Assembly (NCBI GenBank): GCA_028292405.1
Contig: JAQGMJ010000083.1
Location: 148,676 to 212,675, forward strand
Length of the DNA stretch: 64,000 bases
Direction: 5' to 3'
Source of the DNA: Betaproteobacteria bacterium
GTDB lineage: Bacteria > Pseudomonadota > Gammaproteobacteria > Burkholderiales > JAEUOS01
This document shows, piece after piece, positions 27,223 through 37,093 of the stretch. The notes below the pieces were generated by a model that was not told the origin of the DNA, searched no databases, and saw only the letters and a list, made by a program, of their open reading frames with translations. Within the stretch, counting starts at the first letter, position 1. Each line of letters opens with the position of its first letter. Position numbers and translations under genes: made by a program.

Positions 27223-28707
27223 TCACGCAAAATAGCCCTGCAAAAACCAGCCAAGCGGCTGCTTGTGGTCGCGGAATATCCACACCAGGGCGCCGTCGGC
27301 CGTTTCAGCGATGAAGTAGTCGCGGCGAATTTTTCCACCGTCCCACCAGCCGGATTCGATGCGCTCGGCCGAGGACAGCAGCTTCAGCGGACCCTCGTAA
27401 AACGGTTTGTTGTTCACTTCACTCAGAGGGCGCGGTGGTTCCAGCAGCCATGCAGGACGCGGGCCGAAGACGGGGAGCGGCAAGGGTTCCTTGGGCTTTT
27501 TGCGCGCAGCCGTATGAACCCGCTCATCAGCCTCGAGCAGGTTGTTGCCGCCGGAGGCGCGTGCCGGACGGTGATCGGCGCGCACTTGCAACCGCTGTAT
27601 GGCCTGCTGCCCCAGCCGCGCATTCAAGCGCTCGAGCAAATCCCGCATGTCCTTCGCGGCGTTCTCTTCTTCCAGCAGCAGCGAATGCGTGACTTCCTCC
27701 GCGCGCAGCAATTGCGGTGCGCGTAGCGTGATGCGCTCGACCCGCCGTTCCAGCGTGTGGCGGTTCAGGCGCTCGGAGAGCAGCAGGGTGAAGCGCCTGG
27801 CGTCGGCGCTGGGCTGCATCAGGTGCAGGGTGAGGACGGTGTCGTCCTGCGCGTCGCGTTGCGTATTGCGTTCATGGTGCAGGGTGAGTTCGATGCGGTC
27901 CACCGCGCGTTTGCTGGCGCGCAGAAATCCTTCGAGCTGGCGCAGGCCGCGGCCGCTGGCGAAGACCAGGGCTGTACTGGATTCGGCCGGGGCCGGTAGC
28001 GGCAGGGCGCAACTGAAGGCTTGTGGCGGCACGATGGGGTGCACCGGGTCGGGCGCGTGGCCGAAGGCGCGGTCGATTTCGTCGAGCAGGAAGTCGCCGA
28101 AGCGGCGCTTGAGCCCGTCGCGCGGCAGGGCCATCAGGTCGGCGATGGTGCGCGCGCCCAGGGAGTCGAAGGTGCTGGCGTAGGCCTGAGCGCTGATCAG
28201 GGAAGAGACCGGCAGGCCGGGCAGCAGGCGGCGCAATTCGGGCAGGGTGGTGATGTGTTCAGCGTAGCCGCTACGCGCCAGCATCAGCGCGCCGGCGGGG
28301 GTGGGGGCGGAGGCGAAGACGGCGCTGTAGTTTTGCTCCGCGGTACCGGCGGCGATCTGCTTGAGCAGGGCGTCGAGGCCGCCGAACAATTTGGCGCTGC
28401 CGCCGGTTTCCAGCAGCAGGCCATGCGGTGCGGCGAGGCTGATGGCGCTGGTGTATTGCAGCGCCCATAGGCTCAGTGCTTCAAGCGCGGCTTTTTCAGC
28501 GCGTGGTTCACGTTCCTGCCATTGCAGCGCAGGTTCCAGCGCCAGCGCGGCGGACAAGGGTTTATCGACGCGCACGCCGGCGGCGCGGGCGGCGGCGTTG
28601 GCCATGTGGATGCGGCGCTTTTCGACGACGGCGAAAGGCTGCGCCGCGTGGGTCTGCGCGTAGCAGTCAAGCGGCAGTTGCGGCAGGTACAGGGCGGTCC
28701 AGAGCAT
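27223..28707 (-). CDS. imuB: Y-family polymerase-like protein ImuB
   Basis: ATG at 28707. The N-terminus MLWTALYLPQLPLD..PFAVV.. is typical of ImuB, and it lies between imuA and dnaE2. Confidence 0.85.
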   Translation of the reverse strand: MLWTALYLPQLPLDCYAQTHAAQPFAVVEKRRIHMANAAARAAGVRVDKPLSAALALEPALQWQEREPRAEKAALEALSLWALQYTSAISLAAPHGLLLETGGSAKLFGGLDALLKQIAAGTAEQNYSAVFASAPTPAGALMLARSGYAEHITTLPELRRLLPGLPVSSLISAQAYASTFDSLGARTIADLMALPRDGLKRRFGDFLLDEIDRAFGHAPDPVHPIVPPQAFSCALPLPAPAESSTALVFASGRGLRQLEGFLRASKRAVDRIELTLHHERNTQRDAQDDTVLTLHLMQPSADARRFTLLLSERLNRHTLERRVERITLRAPQLLRAEEVTHSLLLEEENAAKDMRDLLERLNARLGQQAIQRLQVRADHRPARASGGNNLLEADERVHTAARKKPKEPLPLPVFGPRPAWLLEPPRPLSEVNNKPFYEGPLKLLSSAERIESGWWDGGKIRRDYFIAETADGALVWIFRDHKQPLGWFLQGYFA

Positions 28708-29479
28708 GGAGTGGCTCCTCGTGGAAATCGGGGATGAAGGGCAGCGGCGAGGGCGGCTCGACCCATATCGGCCGGGTGATCAGCGCACCTCGGCGCTTGA
28801 GGATGCGCAAGCCTAGTTGCCTGGAGCCCGGGTCGGTCGATAAGGCGATGCGCAAGGCGGCGGCGGAAGAGTGCTGTGCCGTCTTGAGATCGCGCATCAG
28901 CACCGCCAGCACGGGCCGGTTTTCAACCGCCAGTTGCAAACGCCGCAAGTCCTGTGACGCCAGGCGCTGCGGCCAGGCGAACACGGCGCTGCGCGGCGCG
29001 TATTTCAGGCATTGCTCGCAGGCCCATAGCGCGTCTTCAGGCCTGCGTGTACGCAGCACCAGCACCTGTTCCGGTGCGATGCCGGCGCCGGCGAAGGCTG
29101 GGGCATAGGGCATGTACGGAGGTTGCAGCAGGATGATAGGCGGGGCGTCTGCGCGCTTTGACAGGACGGCCAGCGCCGGAAAAAACAGGCGCATCTCGCC
29201 GATGCCGGTGTGGCCGTTGAGGATTTCGGTCAGCGCGCCCAGCGGCCAGCCGCCGCCGGGCAGTTGCGCGTCCAGCGCGCTATAGCCGGTGGACAGGCTC
29301 TCAAGCTCGACCCGCGCCAGCGCATCGCCGCGCCACAGGCCCGGCACGGCGGCCAGCGCGGCCAGGCCGGTGGGCGTGCGGTCCAGCGGCGTGGCGTCCA
29401 GGCGCGGGCCGGAAGAGGCGTAGACCGTCTCTTCCGGATCGCCGGAGAAATCGCCGGAGAAAATGAGGGCCTGCCCCAT
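28667..29479 (-). CDS. imuA: Translesion-synthesis cassette protein ImuA (SulA/RecA-like)
   Basis: ATG at 29479. It has the motif STGYSALDAQLPGGGWPLGALTEIL, overlaps imuB by 41 nt, and has a LexA box upstream. Confidence 0.8.
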   Translation of the reverse strand: MGQALIFSGDFSGDPEETVYASSGPRLDATPLDRTPTGLAALAAVPGLWRGDALARVELESLSTGYSALDAQLPGGGWPLGALTEILNGHTGIGEMRLFFPALAVLSKRADAPPIILLQPPYMPYAPAFAGAGIAPEQVLVLRTRRPEDALWACEQCLKYAPRSAVFAWPQRLASQDLRRLQLAVENRPVLAVLMRDLKTAQHSSAAALRIALSTDPGSRQLGLRILKRRGALITRPIWVEPPSPLPFIPDFHEEPLHALDRPVPAATAA

Positions 29480-29630
29480 GGCAACGGGCGAACGATGCGG
29501 TGGTGGAAGGCGGGCTCAGGCGCGTGGCCTGAAATGCGCGAAGCGCTGGGCGGCCGCGGGCGGCGCGAGGGTCGGACTAAAAGGCGCGGGGACGATCATG
29601 GCGAATACCGGGAGTCCTTGGGAGGAACAG

Positions 29631-29670
29631 AATACACAAATACTGTTTATTTGTACAGTATTTGTGTATT
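29631..29670. promoter_or_regulatory. LexA (SOS) box CTGT-N8-ACAG embedded in a 16-bp-arm perfect palindrome
   Basis: aatacacaaatactgt (29631-29646) and acagtatttgtgtatt (29655-29670) are exact reverse complements. The core CTGTttatttgtACAG lies at 29643-29658, about 165 nt upstream of imuA. Confidence 0.85.
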
Positions 29671-29720
29671 ACTCGCCGTGGCGGATTTACGCCTTTAAAA
29701 TCAGATGCTTACGAAAAACT

Positions 29721-30746
29721 TTACTTCGCCTCCGCCTGCATTTTCAGGTTCAGCAGCTTCATTGCATTGCCGAAGTAAATCTTCCGCTTGTCGTCCTCGG
29801 CCAGGTTCAGGTCCTCGATCGAGCGGATGCCTTCGCGGATGAACATCGGGCCGTTTTCCGGATCGAAGGGGCAGTCGCTGGCAAACACGATCTTGTCGGC
29901 GCCGAAAAAATCCAGGCCGCAGCGTAGCGCCGAGGCGGAGCCGCCCAATACCGTATCGGCGTAGAACATTTTGAAGTATTCGATCGGCTTTTTTGCCATG
30001 CGCTGCAAAATCTCTTCGTAGTTCTCGCCGGCGGTGCGGCTGCCGAGTTGCGCCCACAGGGTTTCCGCGCGTCCCGATAAAAACGGAATCATCGCGCCAC
30101 AGTGGTGGGTGATGATGCGCAGCTCCGGCAGCTTTTCGTAGAACCCCGAGAACACCATGCGCGCCATCGCCACGCTGGTTTCGTACGGCCAGCCCAGCAC
30201 CTGCCAGATTTCATATTTGGATTTGTCTTCGCCGACATAGTCCGGCCGCGAGGCGGGGCGCGCCGGATGCATCCAGATCGGCATCGCATACTTCTGCGTG
30301 ATGTACTCGAACACAGGAAAGAATTCCGGGTCGTCCAGCGCCCGGCCATTCACGTTGGTGCAGATCTGGATGCCGCGCGCGCCGAGCTCGCCTACCGCGC
30401 GGTCGATTTCTTCCAGCGCCGCCGGCACATTGTTCATCGGCAGCGAGGCGACGAAGGCGGGAAACTTGTCCGGCCACCGGTCGACGATTTTCGCCATTTC
30501 ATCATTCGCCACGCGCGCGAAGCCGGGTGAGAGGTCGGGGCCGCCGAGCAACTCGGGCGAGGGCAGGGCGAGGGTCAGCACCTGCTGCACTTCCGGCCAC
30601 TGCTTTAACATCTCGACGCGCGCTTCCAGGTCCCACAGCATGCGCAGGCTGCTCATGCGCTTGACGATGCCGGCGTCCTTGGAATGCTGCTTCATCAGTT
30701 CCAGGTAAGGGGCGGGGAGGACGTGGTTGTAGATGTCGATTTTCAT
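29721..30746 (-). CDS. Amidohydrolase-2 family protein (ACMSD-like metal-dependent hydrolase/decarboxylase)
   Basis: ATG at 30746 (MKIDIYNHVLP..). The length is right for the family and it carries a late HHCGAMIPF and a C-terminal FASDCPFD. Confidence 0.8.
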   Translation of the reverse strand: MKIDIYNHVLPAPYLELMKQHSKDAGIVKRMSSLRMLWDLEARVEMLKQWPEVQQVLTLALPSPELLGGPDLSPGFARVANDEMAKIVDRWPDKFPAFVASLPMNNVPAALEEIDRAVGELGARGIQICTNVNGRALDDPEFFPVFEYITQKYAMPIWMHPARPASRPDYVGEDKSKYEIWQVLGWPYETSVAMARMVFSGFYEKLPELRIITHHCGAMIPFLSGRAETLWAQLGSRTAGENYEEILQRMAKKPIEYFKMFYADTVLGGSASALRCGLDFFGADKIVFASDCPFDPENGPMFIREGIRSIEDLNLAEDDKRKIYFGNAMKLLNLKMQAEAK

Positions 30747-30860
30747 CAGCGGGAAGGGAAGGACAGGCCGGACGCGGCTCGTTATACTCACACCATGCTC
30801 GCCGGTGTGTCAATCCGGCTTCGAAAATCAACATCGGGGCAAAGACCCCTGGGAGGCCGC

Positions 30861-31613
30861 ATGGCGACCACGATCACGCTGCTGGTGATGTTCATGATTC
30901 CGCTGGCCATCGGCTTTGCGCTGTTTTACGCCATCCGCAAAATCCGCAGCGCGGGCAACGGCGGTTCCTCGATGCTGGGCAACATGGCCCGCCGCATGCC
31001 CAGCGGCGACGCGCTCTACGCGATGACGTTTCCCGACATCGCGCCCCTGTTCAAGCCCGAGGCCTTGCTGGAATGGCACGCCTGGTACATGGCGCGGCGC
31101 CAGAACCGCCAGCTGATCCGTGACGGCCGCCGCTGGCACGGCGAAATCCCGGGCTTCCCCACGGCTGCCACCATGGGTGTCACCGCCCAGGGCAAGGAAG
31201 ACAACGCCGCTGACCTGATGGCATTGCAGGACGCGGCCGGCCAGACCATCGTCGAAGTGCTGATCGAATACAAGGATGACAGCCGCACCCTGCTGACCAA
31301 CAACGCCGGCATTTTCACCATCAACCCGGCCGATGAGCGCAAGGTGCGCTTCAAGGATGAGAGTCAGGGCCGCAGCTTCGAATGGCGCGGCCAGGGCCTG
31401 TGGAGCATCAAGGGCGCGGGCACCATGGAAGAAATGATGGCGCAGGGTAACGACGTGCGCACGGCCGGCATGGGCAGCGGCGCGGCGCTCGCCACGGGCG
31501 TGGCCGCGGGCGCGGTGATCGGCATCGCTGCCGACCGTATCCTGCAGGAGCGCGAACAGGCCCGCGAAGCGCGGCGGGCGCAAAGGCTCGCCAGCACGGA
31601 TACCAGCTATTGA
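30861..31613 (+). CDS. Hypothetical membrane-anchored protein
   Basis: ATG at 30861 with GGGAGG upstream. It has an N-terminal TM (ITLLVMFMIPLAIGFALFYAI) and a second hydrophobic segment near the C-terminus. I recognise no family. Confidence 0.65.
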   Translation: MATTITLLVMFMIPLAIGFALFYAIRKIRSAGNGGSSMLGNMARRMPSGDALYAMTFPDIAPLFKPEALLEWHAWYMARRQNRQLIRDGRRWHGEIPGFPTAATMGVTAQGKEDNAADLMALQDAAGQTIVEVLIEYKDDSRTLLTNNAGIFTINPADERKVRFKDESQGRSFEWRGQGLWSIKGAGTMEEMMAQGNDVRTAGMGSGAALATGVAAGAVIGIAADRILQEREQAREARRAQRLASTDTSY

Positions 31614-31674
31614 GTTTGGCCGCAGTCGTTGCTGACTTTGCATTGGCCTCGCGCTGACCACACGCTGACCCCGC

Positions 31675-33876
31675 ATGCATCCGCTGCCCGAACATTTGCT
31701 GGCGCAACCGCTTGCCGGCTGCGTGCCTCTGGCCGATGCGCGTGTGCCGCTGCGCGCCGTCATTTCCAGTCTGGCCCTCGGCGGCGCCGAGCGCATCGTG
31801 CTCGAATGGGCGGCCGATGCATTGCGCCGCGGGCGCGCCATCGAGCTGGCAGTGCTCAACCGCGCGACCATGGAGTGGCAGGCACCTGGGGGCTTGAGCG
31901 TGATTCGCCGCGCAGCCGAAAGCATGGAACAGTTCGCCGCCCTGCTGGGGCAGCGCTGGGGACGCGGCGCCGTGGTGGCGGCGCATTTGCTGCGCGACCC
32001 CATGCTGGCCGAACTGCGCATGCATGGTTTGGTGCCGCTGCCGGTGCTGCACAACGCACGCGACGGCTGGCTCAATGATCCGGCAGCGTGGCAGAGCGGC
32101 GATATGCCCGCCGCGATCGCTTGCGCTGAAGCTGTCGCGCAGCAGGCGCGCGCCGCCGGTTGCAGCGTGCCGTTGTCGGTGATCCGCCATCGGCCGGCGC
32201 TGGACGACGCGGCGTTCTCCATGCAGGCGCGATGCGACATCCGTCGCCGCCTGGGGGTGGACGACACCACCCTGCTGGTCGGCATGGTGGGGGCGCTGAA
32301 GGCGCAAAAGAATTATCCGCGCGCGCTACGCGTGCTGGAGCATCTGCTGCGGCGGCGCCCGGCGGCGTTGGCGATTGCCGGCGGTGTCAGTGGCGAAGCC
32401 GGGATGGATGTATTGCGCGAGATAGCCAGCTACGCGGGTGAGCGCGGCCTGGCGCATCACGTCAAGCTGCCGGGCTTCGTCAGCCCGGTGGCGCCCTGGC
32501 TCGCGGCCTTCGACGTGTTGCTCAATACCAGCGATTACGAGGGCTACTCGATTGCCACGCAGGAGGCGCTGGCCGCCGGCCTGCCGGTGGTGGCTACGGC
32601 GGTTTCCGGCCAGGGGGAAGATCCGCAGCCGGGGCTGCGCCTGTTGCCTGCCGAGGCCGGCGATGCGGCTTTTGCGCGTGCGCTGGCGCAATATCCGGTG
32701 CGCAGTGGTTTGCAGGTGCGCGAGCCGCGCTTGCGTGCGCCTTACCTGTGGTCGCTGCCGCCTGCTGGCTGCGCCGCGCCAGGGCGCGAAGAGGTGCGCA
32801 CCCTGTTTGTGACGGCGAACCTGAATGCCGGCGGCGCGCAGCGCTCCTTGGTCAACCTTGCGACCGCCATTTACGCGCGCCATGATCTCGCGGTGGCGGT
32901 CTGCGGCGCCAGCACCCATGATTATTTTACGCGGCTATTGCGTGAGGTTGGCGTCAGGCATTTTCGGCCGGCCGAGGCGAGCGATGTGTTCGAAGTGGCG
33001 GAGGGTTTGCTCGCCTGGATCGCGCGGCACCGGGTGCGCCAGGTCTGCTTCTGGAACGCCGACCCCAAGCTCAAGCTATTGCTCGCCAAATTCGCGGCGC
33101 CGGACTTGCGCCTGATCGATGTCAGCCCCGGCTACTACGCCTTCGAGGAAATGGCCGCGACGGCGGAGTTCCAGTCGGCGATTGCCTATGACGAAGCGGC
33201 CTTCCGGGTGCGCCTGGACCTACTGGTGCTCAAGTATGGCCACGCACTGCCCGGGCGCGCCCGCGCCTGCGCGGTGATTCCGAACGGCGTTGCGCTCGGC
33301 GGGGCGGTGGCCGAAAGCGCGCCGCGCGCACCGCGCTTTCTGGTCAGCGGCCGGATCGCGCCCTCCAAGCACCTGGAAAAAATCATCGCCGCCTTTGGCC
33401 GCGTGTGCGCGCGTCACGCGACAGCCACCCTGCACATCGCCGGCCAGGCCGAGCCGCGTTACGCTGCCTATCTTGCGCAACTGCTGGAGGCAGCGGGTGC
33501 CGGCGTGCATTTTCGCGGCGCCTTGCCCGATCTTGCGCATTTGCACGAGTCGGGAGGCTGGAGCGCGCAAATCGTCATCGGCACCCACCAGGGGTCGCCC
33601 AACGCGGTGCTGGAAGCGATGGCGGCGGGCGTGCCGGTGATCGCCAACGACAGCGGCGGCACCCGCGAACTGGTGAACCGGCGCACCGGCTGGCTGCTGC
33701 CCGAGGCGGCTAATGAGCGGCAGATTGCCAAGGCGATGCTGCAACTCGTTGCCGCGCCGGGAAAAGCCGGCCAGCGGGCCGCGCGGGCGCGCGAGCAGGT
33801 GGCAGGGCGCGGCCTGGAGGCAATGGCGGCGGCTTACCTCGCTGTATTGGAGAGCGGGGATACAATCCCGGGATAG
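31675..33876 (+). CDS. Tandem (double) GT-B glycosyltransferase, GT4-like modules
   Basis: Two glycosyltransferase C-terminal signatures occur in one ORF: NTSDYEGYSIATQEALAAGLPVVA and GTHQGSPNAVLEAMAAGVPVIANDSGGTRELV. Confidence 0.8.
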   Translation: MHPLPEHLLAQPLAGCVPLADARVPLRAVISSLALGGAERIVLEWAADALRRGRAIELAVLNRATMEWQAPGGLSVIRRAAESMEQFAALLGQRWGRGAVVAAHLLRDPMLAELRMHGLVPLPVLHNARDGWLNDPAAWQSGDMPAAIACAEAVAQQARAAGCSVPLSVIRHRPALDDAAFSMQARCDIRRRLGVDDTTLLVGMVGALKAQKNYPRALRVLEHLLRRRPAALAIAGGVSGEAGMDVLREIASYAGERGLAHHVKLPGFVSPVAPWLAAFDVLLNTSDYEGYSIATQEALAAGLPVVATAVSGQGEDPQPGLRLLPAEAGDAAFARALAQYPVRSGLQVREPRLRAPYLWSLPPAGCAAPGREEVRTLFVTANLNAGGAQRSLVNLATAIYARHDLAVAVCGASTHDYFTRLLREVGVRHFRPAEASDVFEVAEGLLAWIARHRVRQVCFWNADPKLKLLLAKFAAPDLRLIDVSPGYYAFEEMAATAEFQSAIAYDEAAFRVRLDLLVLKYGHALPGRARACAVIPNGVALGGAVAESAPRAPRFLVSGRIAPSKHLEKIIAAFGRVCARHATATLHIAGQAEPRYAAYLAQLLEAAGAGVHFRGALPDLAHLHESGGWSAQIVIGTHQGSPNAVLEAMAAGVPVIANDSGGTRELVNRRTGWLLPEAANERQIAKAMLQLVAAPGKAGQRAARAREQVAGRGLEAMAAAYLAVLESGDTIPG

Positions 33877-33930
33877 ATCGCCGTGGTACGCACGCCGTGC
33901 GCGCCGCGGCCGGCGGTCCGGGAGTTTTTC

Positions 33931-36069
33931 ATGAGCAGCGTCCTCAGCAATCCCCAGCAGCGCGTGGTCAAGGCGGCTTGCCCGCACGATTGTCCGGACA
34001 CCTGCGCCATGCACGTCACCGTCGAAGGTGAAACCCGCATGCCCGATGGCACTGTGCTGGGCACGCGCGCCGTCAAGGTGGCGGGCGATGCGGCGCATCC
34101 CACTACTGCCGGCGTGCTATGCAACAAGGTGGCGCGTTATCTCGAGCGCACCTACGCGGCGGACCGCCTGCTGCATCCGATGCGGCGGGTCGGTCCCAAG
34201 GGCCCGAATGCACGCTTCGAGGCAATTTCGTGGGGCGAGGCGCTGGAGGCCATCACCTCGCGCTTCAAGGCGATCGCCACCGACGACCCGCAGGGCATCC
34301 TGCCGTATTCGTACGCCGGCACCATGGGTATCGTGCAGGCCAACTCGATCGACCGGCGTTTTTTTCACAAGCTGGGCGCCTCCCTGCTCGACCGCACCAT
34401 CTGCTCGAACGCCGGCAAGGCTGGCATGGACATCACCCTCGGCGGCAACATCGGCATGGAGATGGAGCGTTTCGACGAGGCCAAGCTGATCCTGCTCTGG
34501 GGCACCAACCCGGTCACCTCATCCGTGCATTTGTGGACCCGCGTCACCGAGGCCAAGCGCCGCGGCGCGAAAGTGATCGCCATCGACCCCTACAAGTCGC
34601 TCTCGGCGGAAAAGTGCCACCAGTGGCTGCCGATCAACCCCGGTACCGATGCGGCGCTGGCGCTGGCGATGATGCACGTGCTGGTGCGCGACGACTTGCT
34701 GGACCACGATTACATCGCGAAATACACCCTGGGCTTCGAGCAGTTGAAGGAGCGCGTGGCGCAATGGTCGCCCGCGCGCGCGGCGCAGATCACAGGCCTG
34801 GAAGCGGCCGACATCGAATCCCTGGCGCGCGACTACGGCAACGCGCGTGGTGAAAGCGGCCCGGCGGCCATCCGCATCAACTACGGCCTGCAGCGCACCG
34901 CCGGCGGCGCCATGAGCTGCCGCACCATCGCCTGCCTGCCGGCGCTTACCGGCGCCTGGCGCCATGCGGCGGGTGGCGTACTGCTGGGCACCGGCTCCAC
35001 TTATCCGGTGAACGTGAAGGCGCTGGAACGCCCGGACCTGATCTGGAACAAGCCGCGCACCATCAACATGTCTACCCTGGGTGACGCCCTGCTGGACCTG
35101 AAGGAGCCGCCGGTACGCGCGCTCTACGTCTATTCCTCCAATCCGGCCGCGGTCGCGCCGGAGTCGGGCAAGGTGCTCGAAGGCCTGATGCGCGAGGACC
35201 TGTTCACCGTGGTGCACGATTGCTTTCTCACCGACACCTGCGACTACGCCGACATTGTGCTGCCGGCCACCACGCAGCTCGAACACTTCGACATCCACAA
35301 GTCCTACGGCCATCTATACTGGCTGGTGAACCATCCGGCGATCGCCCCGGTGGGCGAGTCTAAATCGGACAGCGAGGTGTTCCGCCTGCTGGCCGCGCGC
35401 ATGGGCTTCACGGAGCCCTGCCTGTTCGACAGCGATGAGCAGATCGCGGCCGTGGCCATCGACACCACGCATCCGTACAACGAAGGCATCACCTTCGAGA
35501 AACTGAAGGAGCAGGGCTGGATGCGCCTGAACGTGCCGGAGCGCTGGATGCCGTTCGCCGAAGGCAACTTTCGCACGCCCTCCGGCAAGTGCGAGTTCTA
35601 TTCGGAGAAGGCGAGACAGCTCGGCCTCGACCCGCTGCCGGACTTCATCGCACCGCGCGAGTCGCCGCAGTCCAATCCCGCGCTGGCGGAGAAATACCCC
35701 CTGATGGTGATCTCGCCGCCGGCGCGCAATTTCATGAACTCCACCTTCGGCAACATCAAGGTGCTGGCCGATGCGGAGAAGGAACCCTTTCTCGACATGC
35801 ACGAGATCGACGCGCGCGCGCGCGGCATTGCCGACGGCGCCATGGTACGAATTTTCAATGGCCGCGGCGCCTTCCAGGCGCGCGCGCGGGTGCGCAACCA
35901 TGCGCGCCCCGGCGTGGTGGCCGCGATCTCGGTGTGGTGGCACAAAAAGGCGCCAGGCAAGCTCAACGCCAACGCCGTCACCAGCCAGGCGCTGACCGAC
36001 CTCGGGCGCGGCCCGACCTTTTATGACTGCCTGGTGGAAGTCGAACTCGCTGCGGAAGCGTCCGCATGA
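33931..36069 (+). CDS. Molybdopterin (bis-MGD) oxidoreductase family protein
   Basis: ATG at 33931 with GGGAG upstream. It has an N-terminal 4Fe-4S motif CPHDCPDTC plus a later Cys, and a MopB-type body through a C-terminal beta-barrel region (GDGAMVRIFNGRGAFQARARV). Confidence 0.85.
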   Translation: MSSVLSNPQQRVVKAACPHDCPDTCAMHVTVEGETRMPDGTVLGTRAVKVAGDAAHPTTAGVLCNKVARYLERTYAADRLLHPMRRVGPKGPNARFEAISWGEALEAITSRFKAIATDDPQGILPYSYAGTMGIVQANSIDRRFFHKLGASLLDRTICSNAGKAGMDITLGGNIGMEMERFDEAKLILLWGTNPVTSSVHLWTRVTEAKRRGAKVIAIDPYKSLSAEKCHQWLPINPGTDAALALAMMHVLVRDDLLDHDYIAKYTLGFEQLKERVAQWSPARAAQITGLEAADIESLARDYGNARGESGPAAIRINYGLQRTAGGAMSCRTIACLPALTGAWRHAAGGVLLGTGSTYPVNVKALERPDLIWNKPRTINMSTLGDALLDLKEPPVRALYVYSSNPAAVAPESGKVLEGLMREDLFTVVHDCFLTDTCDYADIVLPATTQLEHFDIHKSYGHLYWLVNHPAIAPVGESKSDSEVFRLLAARMGFTEPCLFDSDEQIAAVAIDTTHPYNEGITFEKLKEQGWMRLNVPERWMPFAEGNFRTPSGKCEFYSEKARQLGLDPLPDFIAPRESPQSNPALAEKYPLMVISPPARNFMNSTFGNIKVLADAEKEPFLDMHEIDARARGIADGAMVRIFNGRGAFQARARVRNHARPGVVAAISVWWHKKAPGKLNANAVTSQALTDLGRGPTFYDCLVEVELAAEASA

Positions 36070-36446
36070 TCGCCTGGCTCAACCTGCGCGCCGTCGGCGG
36101 CGTGGTGTGCATGATCATCGGTTTTTACCTGGTCTGGCTGGGCATCCACAAGCTCAGGCGCTGGCCACGCGCCCAGGGCGAGGTGATCAACGTGGTGCGC
36201 CTGGCCGGCGTGCCGACGCCGGAAATCGAATTCACCGCCGCCGACGGCGTCGCGCGCACCTTCCTGGCCAAGATGCCTTATCGCCAGGGCTTGCGCATCG
36301 GCACCAAGGTCAAGGTGCTGTACAACCCGGCCTCGCCGGACGATGTCGAGCGCCTGAGCTTGATGGGCACGGTGTTCGCGCCGCTGGTGTTCGGCCTCTT
36401 CGGTGCCTCGCAACTGTTCTGCGGCTTCTGGTCCTGCAAAGGATGA
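36066..36446 (+). CDS. DUF3592-like membrane protein
   Basis: ATG at 36066 overlaps the upstream stop (ATGA). TM helices at both ends flank a beta-rich core (GEVINV..IEFTAADG..VLYNP), the DUF3592 pattern. Confidence 0.7.
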   Translation: MIAWLNLRAVGGVVCMIIGFYLVWLGIHKLRRWPRAQGEVINVVRLAGVPTPEIEFTAADGVARTFLAKMPYRQGLRIGTKVKVLYNPASPDDVERLSLMGTVFAPLVFGLFGASQLFCGFWSCKG

Positions 36447-37093
36447 GCGTGGTGCGCGGCGAGGCGGTGGTGTGCGTGCATGGCCTGTGGCTGTCCGGCT
36501 TTGCCACGGGCTTCTGGCGCGCGCGCTTCGCCGGGGCCGGCTACGCGGCGCATTCCTTTTCCTACGCCACGGTGCGCCAGCCGCTGAAGACCAGCGCGCG
36601 CCAGCTGGCGGAATTTGTCCAGGCGCTGCCGCAGCATCGCGTGCATCTGGTCGGGCACAGCCTGGGCGGCGTGCTGATCGCGGCCATGTTGGCCGAGCGC
36701 GGTTGGGCGCTGCCGGGCAAGCAGATTGGGCGCGTGGTTCTGGTTGGTTCGCCGTTTCAGGGCACGCACGTCGGCCGCAACCTGGCGCGCGTCGGCTTCG
36801 GCCGGGTGGTGCTCGGGCGCGCGGTGCAGGACTGGCTGGCGGGCGAGCCGCCGACGGTGCCCGAGGGTTTCGAACTGGGCGTGATTGCCGGCAACCGGCC
36901 GCTGGGCCTGGGGCGCATCGCTGCGCCCGGCCTGCCGCTGCCGCACGATGGCACCGTGGGCGTGGCGGAGACCCGGGTCGAGGGCGCGCGGGAACATCTG
37001 ACCCTGCCGGTGAGTCATACGGAGATGTTGATGTCCGCCCGCGTCACGCAGCAAATGCTCCGCTTTGTCGAACACGGCGCCTTTATCCGATGA
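36443..37093 (+). CDS. Alpha/beta hydrolase (lipase/esterase-like)
   Basis: ATG at 36443 overlaps the upstream stop (ATGA). Motifs VCVHGLW and the nucleophile elbow GHSLGG are present. Confidence 0.8.
   Translation: MSVVRGEAVVCVHGLWLSGFATGFWRARFAGAGYAAHSFSYATVRQPLKTSARQLAEFVQALPQHRVHLVGHSLGGVLIAAMLAERGWALPGKQIGRVVLVGSPFQGTHVGRNLARVGFGRVVLGRAVQDWLAGEPPTVPEGFELGVIAGNRPLGLGRIAAPGLPLPHDGTVGVAETRVEGAREHLTLPVSHTEMLMSARVTQQMLRFVEHGAFIR

Noticed and set aside
27217-27283. N-terminal extension of dnaE2 to ATG 27283
   Set aside because: The extension would overlap the 3' end of imuB by 61 nt and adds a hydrophobic, non-conserved-looking peptide. ATG 27217, just after the imuB stop, is more consistent with the compact operon. 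The true start remains uncertain, with 27178 also possible.
23852-29479. imuA-imuB-dnaE2 as a candidate novel system
   Set aside because: This is the well-described LexA-regulated mutagenesis (translesion synthesis) cassette. Only the extended palindrome around its SOS box is reported as a finding.
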